Made by a program: the position numbers and the translations under genes. A stretch of DNA of 64,000 bases from Gammaproteobacteria bacterium. GTDB lineage: Bacteria; Pseudomonadota; Gammaproteobacteria; G965277405. Shown here in pieces: positions 20,701 through 30,986 of this stretch (position 1 is the first letter of the stretch; every line of letters begins with the position of its first letter). The stretch is taken from assembly GCA_965277405.1 (NCBI GenBank), contig OZ255726.1, forward strand, positions 1,088,001-1,152,000, in the 5' to 3' direction. Below the pieces are notes generated by a model. It was not told where the DNA came from. It made no database searches and saw only the letters and a list, made by a program, of their open reading frames with translations.

Positions 20701-22504
20701 TAAATTGATTGCGGCGTTTAACCATCAGCATATTTTTATTGACCCAAGTCCAGACATTGCGGTGAGTTTTGCCGAACGCAAACGCATATTTGCATTACCA
20801 CGATCTTCATGGGACGACTATGATACAGCGTTGCTCTCAACAGGCGGAGGTGTGTACAAGCGTGGCTTGAAATCGATTAGTCTTGCGAAAGAAGCACGAA
20901 TAGCACTTGGAATTAGCAAAACCAAGCTCACTCCAAACCAACTGATTCACCTCATTTTGCAAGCGCCTGTTGACTTGTTGTATAACGGAGGAATTGGCAC
21001 ATATTTTAAAGCTTCGTATGAAAATCAAGCAGATGCAAACGATCGCAGCAATGATATGGTGCGGGTAAATGCAAATGAAATTGGTGCGAAGGTAATCGGT
21101 GAAGGCGGCAACCTTGGACTCACCCAGTTAGCGCGCATTGAATACGCGCAAAATGGCGGCAGTATTTATACTGATGCCATCGATAATTCTGCAGGAGTCG
21201 ACTGTTCAGACCACGAAGTGAATTATAAAATATTGCTCAATAGTGTTGTCGCTCAAGGCGAAATGACAAATAAGCAACGCAATCGCTTACTTGCAGAATT
21301 AACCAATGATGTTGCGGTGCACGTCCTCCGCGATAACTATCAACAGACTGCAGCGTTGAGTTTAGAAAACTGGCATTCCCAATCGCTACTCAGTGTGCAT
21401 AAGCGCTTCATACAACATTTAGAAAACGCTGGCTTGTTGAATCGTGCAATTGAGTTTTTGCCAAGCAATATTGAAATAAACGCGCGCAGCCAACGTGGCC
21501 TTGCGCTGACATCGCCTGAGCTTGCTGTCGTGCTGGCGTATGCAAAATTACAACTATACCAACAACTATTAGCAGCAGCAGACATTGAGCCCAAGCAATG
21601 GCATACGGTGTTGATTAAATATTTTCCTGCGACTATCCGCAAAAGATTTGCAACTGCAATTATTGATCACCCATTGCATCGCGAAATAATTGTGACACAG
21701 CTGTCAAATATCTGTATCAACCGCATGGGAACCACGTTTGTATTTCGACTTGCAGAAGAGATGAAAACCACGCCAATGCAAGTTGTAAATGCATGGTATA
21801 TGGCCAGCGAATTAATTTCTGCTATTGAACTATGGCACCAGCTTAAGCAGTTGGATAATGTTATTGATACAGAGCATCAATACGCATTGATGCTCGACTT
21901 GCGTCGTACGTTAGAGTGGGTTGTTCGTTGGTTGTTAAAGAGCACTAGGATCTCTAATACGAGTGATGCAATGTTTGCTGATTTTGCCAAAGATTTTAGC
22001 GCGTTATTGCCTAAATTATACGCGTTGCAGGTTAAGGAATTAATGAAAAACACTAAATATCAACGCTTTCGAGCATTGGATATAGACGAGCAATTATTGT
22101 ATAGAATTTGCTTTCCTAACAATGTCTTAGGTGCGTTGCAGATGATCCAAATAGCTCAGAAAACAAACAAGAAAGTGGAGGCAATTGCCCAAACATATTT
22201 TGCGATAGAAAACGTGTTATGCCTTGGGAAGTTGAGTCTTATGGTCAATGCATTACCGCGCACTAACCGCTGGGAAACTGTTGCTCGTCTGGCATTTCGC
22301 GATGAGATACGCCGCGCACATTCAGCCGTTATCACTGCAGTGGTGGCAGATAAAAGCGCCAATGCCTTGGAAAACTGGCAAGGCAAACATGCCACATCCA
22401 TTAGAAATTATCTTGAAATAGTGGAAGAAATATCAAGCAGCGAGCAAAGTATTGCAATGGTAATAGTAGCAATCGGTGAGTTGAAAAATCTAGTTGCGCC
22501 ATAG
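17789..22504 (+). CDS. gdhB: Large NAD-specific glutamate dehydrogenase
   Basis: 1571 aa; [51 protein letters not shown]. Confidence 0.95.
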   Translation: [1571 protein letters not shown]

Positions 22505-22705
22505 CTGTAGATATGGGCAAACACCCAGCAGCAACAACGCCACGTTATTTTTGCATATTTTCAATTTCGTGATCGGTGCCAGCTGTTTAAAGGTTTTCAG
22601 TGCCGCTGATTGGGCTGATTGCTGTGTGGCTTTGCGTTGCTTCTCTGGCTTATACCCGACCCGATCAAGCAACGGCAGAACAGCAGGGTTTTTGGGGGTT
22701 TTGCG

Positions 22706-23002
22706 GGAAGCTCTGATCAAGTCCATGATGGGCGAGACGGAGAAAAAACGCTGATGATAACTAAACGCAGTGCGCAGATAACACTGGTGGTCTTGTGGGT
22801 GTTGCCAAGTGCTGCAACGACGTTAGCGCAGCGGTTTTTCCCGACCTTCTTTTGAATATACAACGGTTTGCTGCAATTGCTTATGCTTGCTGTGTTGCAT
22901 CCCTTGGCGTATATGCTACGGCATGCGCTTAGCGGTTTGTGCCTTGCAATCATCAGCAATTGCAGGCAAACTCGCTTCATCAGCGACTTAATCAGAGGTT
23001 TG
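22706..23002 (+). mobile_element. MITE copy 2 (297 bp)
   Basis: GGAAGCTCTGATCAAG...CTTAATCAGAGGTTTG then TTAG. Confidence 0.9.
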
Positions 23003-23142
23003 TTAGAGATGCCCTAGCGGTTTTCCCATTGTTGCGCGCAAGCATAACTGGTCGTTTTATAATGCGTACAGCATATGGTGCATAAAATGCTCCTAATTTT
23101 ATTAAATAACAAGGTGGTAACTGACGCTTTGTACTATCATCT

Positions 23143-24225
23143 TTGCGCTATTCTATTTCGCCCGTGTTGATGAATCGAGTTGTAACATCCTCTTTACGTA
23201 TTACGTATTTGCTGTTTGCAGTATTCGTCTGCGTATCGCTCGTTATGTTTGCGCTGCAGCTATTTAATAAGGAAGATTCGACGAACGGCAAAGCACCTTA
23301 TTTTGTGCCAACATTCCGTGCTGCCGTTGCCAAGGCAGCACCTTCGGTTGTCAATATCTTTACAACGCAGCAAGGTAAGCAACAGGACTACTTTTATGAT
23401 ACTTTTTTTGGTCCAGAACAACAGCTCGGCAGCCAAAACAATTTAGGCTCTGGTGTGATATACCATGGGGATGGCTACATCATGACCAACCACCACGTCA
23501 TTAAGGGTGCTGACAGCATTCTGGTTGCGCTCAGTAACGGTTATAAATATCCAGCAGAGATTGTTGGTACAGACCCCGACACAGATTTAGCACTGCTATT
23601 TATTGAGGCTGACAATTTAATTGCCATCGAAAAAGCCGACATGACGGCGGCAGCTGTTGGCGATGTTGTCTTGGCGATTGGCAATCCATTTGGAATTGGA
23701 CAAAGTATTTCGATGGGAATAATCTCTGCATTAGGACGTTCAAGTGTTGGTATCAGTGTGTTTGAGAGTTTTATTCAAACAGATGCAGCGATCAATCCTG
23801 GTAATTCAGGGGGAGCGTTGGTGAATTATAACGGGGAGTTAATCGGGGTAAACACAGCTATATATTCTCGCGCTAGCGGTAATCAAGGAATTGGTTTTTC
23901 AATTCCTGTCAACCTCGTTCAGCAAGTATTTGACGCAATTATCCTTGATGGCAAAGTCATGCGTGGCTGGCTGGGAGTATTATTGGCTAAGAATAAAGCT
24001 AACGTGCAAATTAGTGGCGTGACCAGTAATGGACCAGCAGAGCGAGCTGGCCTCTTAACAGGAGATGTTGTGACAGCAATCGATGCTCAAGCCGTCAAGG
24101 ATGTAGGTGATATATTGAATTATGTGAGTGCGCACGATCCTGGTGAGGTCGTAACGTTGCAGATACAACGCAGCGGCAAAACAATATTGATCGCAGTAAC
24201 ACTTAGTGCCAGACCTATCCCTTGA
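23143..24225 (+). CDS. degS: HtrA-family serine protease with a single PDZ domain (start uncertain)
   Basis: N-terminal TM, TNHHVI, TDLA, TDAAINPGNSGG, one PDZ. Confidence 0.85.
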   Translation: MRYSISPVLMNRVVTSSLRITYLLFAVFVCVSLVMFALQLFNKEDSTNGKAPYFVPTFRAAVAKAAPSVVNIFTTQQGKQQDYFYDTFFGPEQQLGSQNNLGSGVIYHGDGYIMTNHHVIKGADSILVALSNGYKYPAEIVGTDPDTDLALLFIEADNLIAIEKADMTAAAVGDVVLAIGNPFGIGQSISMGIISALGRSSVGISVFESFIQTDAAINPGNSGGALVNYNGELIGVNTAIYSRASGNQGIGFSIPVNLVQQVFDAIILDGKVMRGWLGVLLAKNKANVQISGVTSNGPAERAGLLTGDVVTAIDAQAVKDVGDILNYVSAHDPGEVVTLQIQRSGKTILIAVTLSARPIP

Positions 24226-24232
24226 GAAAACA

Positions 24233-25510
24233 ATGATTAAATCAGTGCGTGGCATGCATGACATCCTGCCTGCTACGAGTAAGCATTGGAGCACGCTTGA
24301 GCAGATTCTAGCAACCCTTGCTGCAAATTATAATTGTCAGCAAATTCGTACGCCAATTGTTGAATCACTCGATTTATTCGTGCACTCGTTAGGTGATACC
24401 ACTGATATTGTAGCAAAAGAAATGTATCAGTTTGCTGATGGCGAGCATTTATTAGCGTTGCGCCCAGAGAACACTGCGGGTTGCGTGCGCAGTGCCATTG
24501 AGCACAATCTGGTCAATCGTGGGCAAACACAGCGGTTGTGGTATTTAGGACCAATGTTTCGCCGCGAACGGCCGCAAGCAGGACGGTATCGGCAATTCCA
24601 TCAATTTGGTGTAGAAGTGTTTGGCTATCCACAGCCTGTCGTTGATGCTGAAGTGATAGCGCTATCTGCTCAACTTTGGCAATTGCTGGGTCTCCAGCCG
24701 CGGCTTGAATTAAATTCCATAGGCAATGCTGATACGCGGGTTAGGTATCGGCAAGCATTGATAGATTTTTTAGCACCGAAAGCGCAGGCATTGCTGCCAC
24801 ACCAACGCGCGCGGTTGCAAGATAATCCACTGCGCATTTTAGATGCCAAAGACGAGCAAAGCAAACAGGCGCTTATTGGTGCGCCGGAATTGGCAGATTT
24901 TTTAGACGCAAACGATGCAGCTCACTTTGCGCAAGTCTGTGAATGCCTTGATCAGTTGGGGATTGCTTATACGTTAAATCAAAATTTGGTGCGTGGGCTG
25001 GATTATTATAACCGCACAGTATTTGAGTGGGTAAGTGATGATCTTGGTGCACAGGCTACGATTTGCGCAGGCGGTCGCTATGATGGGCTTGTTTCGCAGT
25101 TTGGCGGGGAGCATGTTCCAGGGATTGGCTTTGCTTTAGGGCTTGAGCGCTTGTTATTGCTGTTGCAACAACAAGGCTGGCAAGCAGATATCTGTGATAA
25201 AAGTGACGTATATATAATCAGCAGTTGCAGTGACCAGATAACACTGCAGATAACCACGCAGGTACGCGCAATACTCGCTGAAAAAAAGGTATCTGTGGAT
25301 TGGGGCGCAAGAAATTGGAATAAACAGTTTAAAAAGGCTAATGCAAGCGGTGCGACTCTTGCAATTATCCTTGGGGACGACGAGTATCAACAAGGAGTAG
25401 TCGCTGTCAAACCTCTTCGAGCTGCAGTTGGGCAGAAAACGATTGCTCTCAATGCATTACACGATGAATTGCCTAGGCTATTCGCAGAGTTATTATCCTT
25501 AAATTTATAA
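24233..25510 (+). CDS. hisS: Histidine--tRNA ligase
   Basis: RGMHD, LRPENTA, FRRERPQAGRYRQF, LVRGLDYY, GGRYDGL. Confidence 0.97.
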   Translation: MIKSVRGMHDILPATSKHWSTLEQILATLAANYNCQQIRTPIVESLDLFVHSLGDTTDIVAKEMYQFADGEHLLALRPENTAGCVRSAIEHNLVNRGQTQRLWYLGPMFRRERPQAGRYRQFHQFGVEVFGYPQPVVDAEVIALSAQLWQLLGLQPRLELNSIGNADTRVRYRQALIDFLAPKAQALLPHQRARLQDNPLRILDAKDEQSKQALIGAPELADFLDANDAAHFAQVCECLDQLGIAYTLNQNLVRGLDYYNRTVFEWVSDDLGAQATICAGGRYDGLVSQFGGEHVPGIGFALGLERLLLLLQQQGWQADICDKSDVYIISSCSDQITLQITTQVRAILAEKKVSVDWGARNWNKQFKKANASGATLAIILGDDEYQQGVVAVKPLRAAVGQKTIALNALHDELPRLFAELLSLNL

Positions 25511-25513
25511 AAT

Positions 25514-26146
25514 ATGTTTAACACAGATTTAACCGAAGCAGAACAAATTATTATTTTTCGCACATGGATGCGCAGATACTTACCATGGATTCTTGGAACA
25601 TTGGCGCTAGTTATTATAGGCATTCTTGCAAATCAGTTGTTAAAAAACAACTCTGAGAAAAGAAGTTTGGCTGAGTCAGCATTGTATTTTGAATTAACCA
25701 AAGCGGTATCCGTCGCTCAAAGTATAGATATAGATACTGCCACTACAGCGTTTGAGAAGTTGAAATCCACATATCCAGATAGCGGGTATGCCACATTGGC
25801 AAGCTTGCTATATGCCAAGGCGTTGATGCAACAAGATAACTTGCAGGATGCAAAGTCCACATTACTCGCAGCGTTAACAACTACAACAGATGCTGATATT
25901 CTTCCAATAATTGCATATCGTGCGGCATTGCTGCAATGGCAGTTGGATGAGCAAGATGATGCCCTAGGGTTGCTGGAGCAATACCGAGATACAGCGTATA
26001 GCAGCATGTATGATGAACTCAAAGGAGACATACAGTTTGATGCAGGCGACGGCGGCGCAGCAAAAACAACGTGGGAGTCTATTGAGCCAGTTTCAGCAAC
26101 CGACTCCCAACGAATACAAGCAAAGATTGATAACATTGTAGAATGA
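25514..26146 (+). CDS. yfgM: YfgM-family TPR membrane protein
   Basis: N-terminal TM, YPDSGYA, ELKGDI; position between hisS and bamB. Confidence 0.85.
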   Translation: MFNTDLTEAEQIIIFRTWMRRYLPWILGTLALVIIGILANQLLKNNSEKRSLAESALYFELTKAVSVAQSIDIDTATTAFEKLKSTYPDSGYATLASLLYAKALMQQDNLQDAKSTLLAALTTTTDADILPIIAYRAALLQWQLDEQDDALGLLEQYRDTAYSSMYDELKGDIQFDAGDGGAAKTTWESIEPVSATDSQRIQAKIDNIVE

Positions 26147-27273
26147 AATACTTATATGCAGTTATTTTGCTATTGGCGCTTGGAGGATGCAGTAAAACTG
26201 TAGAAATTAAGCCTACAGCATTAGATAATTTTAAGGAACAACACCAATTTAGCGAACAGTGGCAAGCATTTGTCGGCTTAGGTACGGCCTATTATGATTT
26301 AAATTTTGCTCCAGCAATTATCGAAAATAAAATATACATATTAAGTAAAAATGGACGGCTATATACCATTGATACCACAGATGGCTCTCGCAAGGATGTC
26401 ATAGACTTAGAGATGAATATTCGCTCTGGAATTACCGTGATTCTTGACAAGTTATTATTTAGTAATGACAAGGGCGAAGTGATTGCCTTTGACCTGCAAC
26501 AAAATGAAATCAAGTGGCGTACCCAATTGTTTGGGCTGGTCCTCCACCCGCCAGTAAGTGATGGAAATATAGTTGTTGTTAAAACCAATAACGATAAATT
26601 GCTGGCATTAAATTTGCGTACAGGAAATATCCAATGGGAGAGCTTGACAGAGAGCGGTCCGTTAACATATCGCGGCACCAGCCAACCAATGATATTGCAG
26701 GACATTGTTGTCAGTGGTCATAACAATGGCAAGGTGTTATTAACCCACGTTGGCAATGGTCAACGCTTGGGCGAGTTTGTCATAAGTGATCCAATAGGAA
26801 AAAATGAGTTTACCCAAATTAATGACGTTGATGGAGCGTTGACCATCGCCGCCAATAAGTTGATAGTCGGCGGTGTAAATGGTGAGCTGATGGCGATTGA
26901 TCTCAACACTATAACGAGGGTGTGGAACAGAAAGTTTTCTACGCTGCATGGCGTTGCAAGCAATGGCAAAGGTCAGTTTTTTGCAGTAGATGAGCATAGC
27001 AACATCTTTGGGTTTAACGTAGCAGATGGCAGCCAATTATGGAGCAACGAGGCGCTTGCATTTCGCAAAATAATACAACCAGTTATTGTTAACGACATAG
27101 TGGTTGTTGCAGATGGCTATGGCTATGTTCACGGACTAAATATGGAAACAGGTGAAATTATTGCGCGTAACCGCCTGTCGCCATATCGGATTCAAAGCAC
27201 CCCAACCGTTGTGGACGGCACTGCGTACATATTGGATATTGGGGGTTTTCTAACTGCATTGAGGGTTGAGTGA
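26143..27273 (+). CDS. bamB: Outer-membrane assembly lipoprotein BamB
   Basis: Lipobox LGGC, PQQ-type beta-propeller repeats, synteny. Confidence 0.88.
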   Translation: MKYLYAVILLLALGGCSKTVEIKPTALDNFKEQHQFSEQWQAFVGLGTAYYDLNFAPAIIENKIYILSKNGRLYTIDTTDGSRKDVIDLEMNIRSGITVILDKLLFSNDKGEVIAFDLQQNEIKWRTQLFGLVLHPPVSDGNIVVVKTNNDKLLALNLRTGNIQWESLTESGPLTYRGTSQPMILQDIVVSGHNNGKVLLTHVGNGQRLGEFVISDPIGKNEFTQINDVDGALTIAANKLIVGGVNGELMAIDLNTITRVWNRKFSTLHGVASNGKGQFFAVDEHSNIFGFNVADGSQLWSNEALAFRKIIQPVIVNDIVVVADGYGYVHGLNMETGEIIARNRLSPYRIQSTPTVVDGTAYILDIGGFLTALRVE

Positions 27274-28652
27274 GTATTCCTGTTATTGCGCTTGTCGGTC
27301 GTCCGAATGTTGGTAAATCAACATTATTTAACCGCATAACTAAAACTCGCGATGCGCTGGTTGCTGATTTCTCAGGGCTGACGCGTGACCGTAAATATGG
27401 CGAAGTGCATCATGGCAAGAAACATTTTATCTGCATTGATACGGGTGGTATTTTAAGCCAATGTACAGCGATAGAAGCGCAGACAACGCAGCAAGCACGA
27501 GCAGCAATTGAAGAAGCTGATATAGCGGCTGTGCTGGTGAGTGCGCGTGATGGATTGGTTGCCGAAGATCAACATATTCTGCGTTTGGCACGCAAAGCAA
27601 ATGTTCCCATAATGCTGTTGGTGAATAAGGCAGACGGTGCTGATCACAATTTTATACTCTCCGAGTTTGCAAGCACAGGCTTGCCGCCTTTTTTAATGAC
27701 TGCAACCCATGGTCGCGGTGTGTTTCAGTGGCTTGATGTTGCCACAAAGACGTTTAGTGATGAACTACCAGTCGAGCAACCTGATGGTATTGCTGTTGCA
27801 GTTATCGGTCGACCTAATGTTGGTAAATCAACATTAATTAATAGAATTTTAGGCGATGAGCGGTTAGTTGTTTCACCAGTGAGTGGCACGACACGTGACA
27901 GCGTTGATGTTGCAATCACCCGCAATGGCAATCAATATTGTTTTATCGATACTGCGGGTATTCGCAAGCGAAAATATGTGAGTTCCGTTATCGAAAAATT
28001 CTCGATTGTCAAAAGCCTGCAGTCTATTCGTCGCTGCGAAATAGCAGTCGTACTTGCAGATGCATCTGCAGGGTTGGTCGAACAAGACATGCATTTGCTT
28101 GATCAAGTGCTGCAATCTAAAAAACCTTTAATTATGGCGTTGAATAAGTGGGATGGTATCGGCAATGAACAGCGACAATCAATCAAAAGTGAAATAAACA
28201 GACGGTTATCGTTTATCGATGATGCCCCACTCATGCCAATTTCAGGCTTACACGGGAGCGGGCTTGGTGAGTTATTTGAAGCGATTGACGCGCTGCATGC
28301 AACGTGTAAAATTCGTTGGCCAACCAGTCAATTAACCGACGTATTACAACATGCTCAAACCCATCACCAGCCGCCAATCCAAGGACGTTTTCGCATTAAA
28401 ATGCGCCTTGCCACCCAAGCGAAACAACAACCACCAACAATCATTGTTCATGGCAGCAACGTTGAGGCATTATCTCCAAGCTATCTACGTTTTTTACAGC
28501 ATTTTTTTGCAAAAGAACTCAACGTTCGCGGTATCGCCTTAAACTTTATTTTGCGCAATAATGCTAATCCTTATAAAGGAAAAAGGCAGCAACTCACCCC
28601 AAGACAAATCCAACGTAAACGCCGGTTAATGGCATACGTAAAACGCAAATGA
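27270..28652 (+). CDS. der: Ribosome biogenesis GTPase Der
   Basis: Two GRPNVGKS G-domains, DTGG/DTAG, NKAD/NKWD. Confidence 0.96.
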   Translation: MSIPVIALVGRPNVGKSTLFNRITKTRDALVADFSGLTRDRKYGEVHHGKKHFICIDTGGILSQCTAIEAQTTQQARAAIEEADIAAVLVSARDGLVAEDQHILRLARKANVPIMLLVNKADGADHNFILSEFASTGLPPFLMTATHGRGVFQWLDVATKTFSDELPVEQPDGIAVAVIGRPNVGKSTLINRILGDERLVVSPVSGTTRDSVDVAITRNGNQYCFIDTAGIRKRKYVSSVIEKFSIVKSLQSIRRCEIAVVLADASAGLVEQDMHLLDQVLQSKKPLIMALNKWDGIGNEQRQSIKSEINRRLSFIDDAPLMPISGLHGSGLGELFEAIDALHATCKIRWPTSQLTDVLQHAQTHHQPPIQGRFRIKMRLATQAKQQPPTIIVHGSNVEALSPSYLRFLQHFFAKELNVRGIALNFILRNNANPYKGKRQQLTPRQIQRKRRLMAYVKRK

Positions 28653-29308
28653 CTATGAAGATAATACAACACGCATTATTATTATTATTCACAATAACTA
28701 CAGTATTGAGCTGCGCCACAGGTGGTAGTAGCAGAACAGTAGCATTCGACCCTGAAGGAGAACATGCATTAATAATAGGGAGCTTTACAGTTACGCAAAA
28801 AGGTGGCAGCAGAGACTTGCTTGAACAAATCAACATCGTCCGCGTATTATTTCAATATACCGCAGGGCTGAGCTTGTTTAGCCCGCTAGAACTCACGGCA
28901 TTTCCGAGTGGCTGGTTAGATGGACAATGGGATTTTGATGCAGGTGATAGCAAGACATTTGTATTTGCTAAAACAACTAAGCCCGAGCCGCTGGCAATGG
29001 TGGGAATGAGTTATGCAAAAGCTGGTAAAACTTATGATGCTACATATAGTTTTGCGAGAGAAATAGATGTGCATGCGGGTGAAATACTCTATGTCGGTGA
29101 GATACAAGTGGAGATTGTGTTTGACGTAGATAATAGTCCTATGATTACAGCGGCAAACATCGAAGTCAGCAATCAACTATCTCGTGATTTGCCAAAATTG
29201 AGCAGCGTATATAAAGAGATTGATTTAACCACAATGCAAACGCGTATTTTTCCAGACAGGCCGGTGCGAGTGAAGCAATTCACCATGCGCATGCAGTTAA
29301 ACGACTAA
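28649..29308 (+). CDS. Hypothetical lipoprotein
   Basis: Signal peptide with VLSC lipobox; beta-rich; GEILYVGEI motif. Confidence 0.65.
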   Translation: MTMKIIQHALLLLFTITTVLSCATGGSSRTVAFDPEGEHALIIGSFTVTQKGGSRDLLEQINIVRVLFQYTAGLSLFSPLELTAFPSGWLDGQWDFDAGDSKTFVFAKTTKPEPLAMVGMSYAKAGKTYDATYSFAREIDVHAGEILYVGEIQVEIVFDVDNSPMITAANIEVSNQLSRDLPKLSSVYKEIDLTTMQTRIFPDRPVRVKQFTMRMQLND

Positions 29309-29310
29309 CT

Positions 29311-30690
29311 GTGCGCACGCGGTTTGCCCCAAGCCCAACAGGCACACTCCACTTAGGTGGCGCAAGGACTGCTTTATTTTGTTATTTACTCGCGCGCCAT
29401 AACCACGGATCGTACCTGCTGCGTATTGAAGACACAGATAGCCAACGCTCAACTGATGCGCATATCCAAACAATATTAGCAAGCCTGGATTGGCTTGGCA
29501 TACACAGTGACGAAGCTGTAGTATATCAGTCACAGAATAAAGCCAAGCACTTAGCACATGCGCATCAACTATTGGCAGATGGCGCGGCATATTATTGCGA
29601 TTGCAGCAGCGAACGCCTGGATGCGTTGCGCGTTGAGCAAATGGCGAATAAACAAAAGCCGCGGTATGACGGCAAATGCCGTGCGCGTAATCTTGCGGTA
29701 AAGCCGAATACTGTTATTCGTTTTGCCACGCCACAGACTGGCTCAATAACGTTTGTCGACGGTGTTGCAGGCGAGACTAGCTATAACAATGCCGAGCTTG
29801 ACGATTTGGTAATTGTGCGCAGCGATGGGCAGCCAACCTACAACTTATCAGTGGTGCTTGACGACCACGCAATGGCGATTACCGATGTCATTCGCGGCAG
29901 TGATCACATCAACAACACACCACGCCAGCTGCATATTTATCGAGCGTTTGGCTATGCAATCCCGCGCTTTACCCACCTGCCACTCATCAATGATGAGAAT
30001 GGAAAAAAACTATCGAAACGCCAGGGAGCGCAGAATGTACTGGAATATCGAGATAAAGGGTATTTACCAGCGGCAATGAATAATTTTCTGGCGCGGCTAG
30101 GTTGGTCGTATGGCGATCAAGAAATTTTTCAGATGGACGAATTGATTGCGCTGTTTGGCAAAGGCAAGTTGAACCGTGCTGCGGCAGCATTTTCAACGAG
30201 CAAGTTGGATTGGGTGAACAGGCAGCACTTATTATCGTTACAACATAGCGCCATTGCCGCGCAGTTGTCAGCGCAATACTCAAATGTAACCCAGGCGACC
30301 CTTGCGGCTAACCTGCCACCGTATTTAGAGCGAGCAAATACATTGAATGATATTGCAGAGGGCATCCGCCCGCTATATCACCCCGTAACGCAATACAATG
30401 CCGCTGCGCTAAAACATATGACATTGACAAACAGACCAGTGTTGTTGCACCTGCATACACAGCTACAGCAACTAACATCATGGGATGCTGCGAGTATTAA
30501 AGCGACAATGCAGACAACAATGGAAGCGCTCAATTGTAACATGGGAAAAGTTGGCATGCCGCTGCGCGCTGCATTGACAGGTAGAGCACAATCACCAGCA
30601 GTCGACTGGGTGGCAGCAACATTAGGACAACAACATACATTACAGCGACTGCAAGCAGCAATTGAATTTATTGACAAAAATTCCGTCTAG
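29311..30690 (+). CDS. gltX: Glutamate--tRNA ligase
   Basis: RFAPSPTG.LHLGG, LRIEDTD, KLSKR. Confidence 0.96.
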   Translation: MRTRFAPSPTGTLHLGGARTALFCYLLARHNHGSYLLRIEDTDSQRSTDAHIQTILASLDWLGIHSDEAVVYQSQNKAKHLAHAHQLLADGAAYYCDCSSERLDALRVEQMANKQKPRYDGKCRARNLAVKPNTVIRFATPQTGSITFVDGVAGETSYNNAELDDLVIVRSDGQPTYNLSVVLDDHAMAITDVIRGSDHINNTPRQLHIYRAFGYAIPRFTHLPLINDENGKKLSKRQGAQNVLEYRDKGYLPAAMNNFLARLGWSYGDQEIFQMDELIALFGKGKLNRAAAAFSTSKLDWVNRQHLLSLQHSAIAAQLSAQYSNVTQATLAANLPPYLERANTLNDIAEGIRPLYHPVTQYNAAALKHMTLTNRPVLLHLHTQLQQLTSWDAASIKATMQTTMEALNCNMGKVGMPLRAALTGRAQSPAVDWVAATLGQQHTLQRLQAAIEFIDKNSV

Positions 30691-30742
30691 GCGTGTTATA
30701 CATTTAATCAATTATTAGTATATCAAACCTTGATATTTGTAT

Positions 30743-30818
30743 GGGGCTATAGCTCAGCTGGGAGAGCGCTTGCGTGGCACGCAAGAGGTCGGCGGTTCGA
30801 TCCCGCCTAGCTCCACCA
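30743..30818 (+). tRNA. tRNA-Ala(GGC)
   Basis: GGGGCTATAGCTCAGCTGGGAGAGCG...GGC anticodon...GGTTCGATCC...CTCCACCA, 76 nt. Confidence 0.97.
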
Positions 30819-30892
30819 ATGTTTATATAGGTTTTCTAATAAAAATTGACTTATTATTCATGGGTTAAAGCGCTTATTGCCAGCATATGGCA

Positions 30893-30986
30893 GCTTTTCT
30901 TGTCTTTGTCCAAAGAAACAAAGGCGCACATTCAATCTGCTTTTCTTGTCTTTGTCCAAAGAAACAAAGGCGCACATTCAATCTGC
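30893..30986 (+). repeat. Perfect 46-bp tandem duplication
   Basis: GCTTTTCTTGTCTTTGTCCAAAGAAACAAAGGCGCACATTCAATCT twice. Confidence 0.95.

Noticed and set aside
22717-22980. Conserved small protein encoded by the MITE (MKRVCLQLLMIAR...)
   Set aside because: Frames differ between copies through indels and stops; the short Cys-rich ORFs over each MITE are by-products of the repeat.
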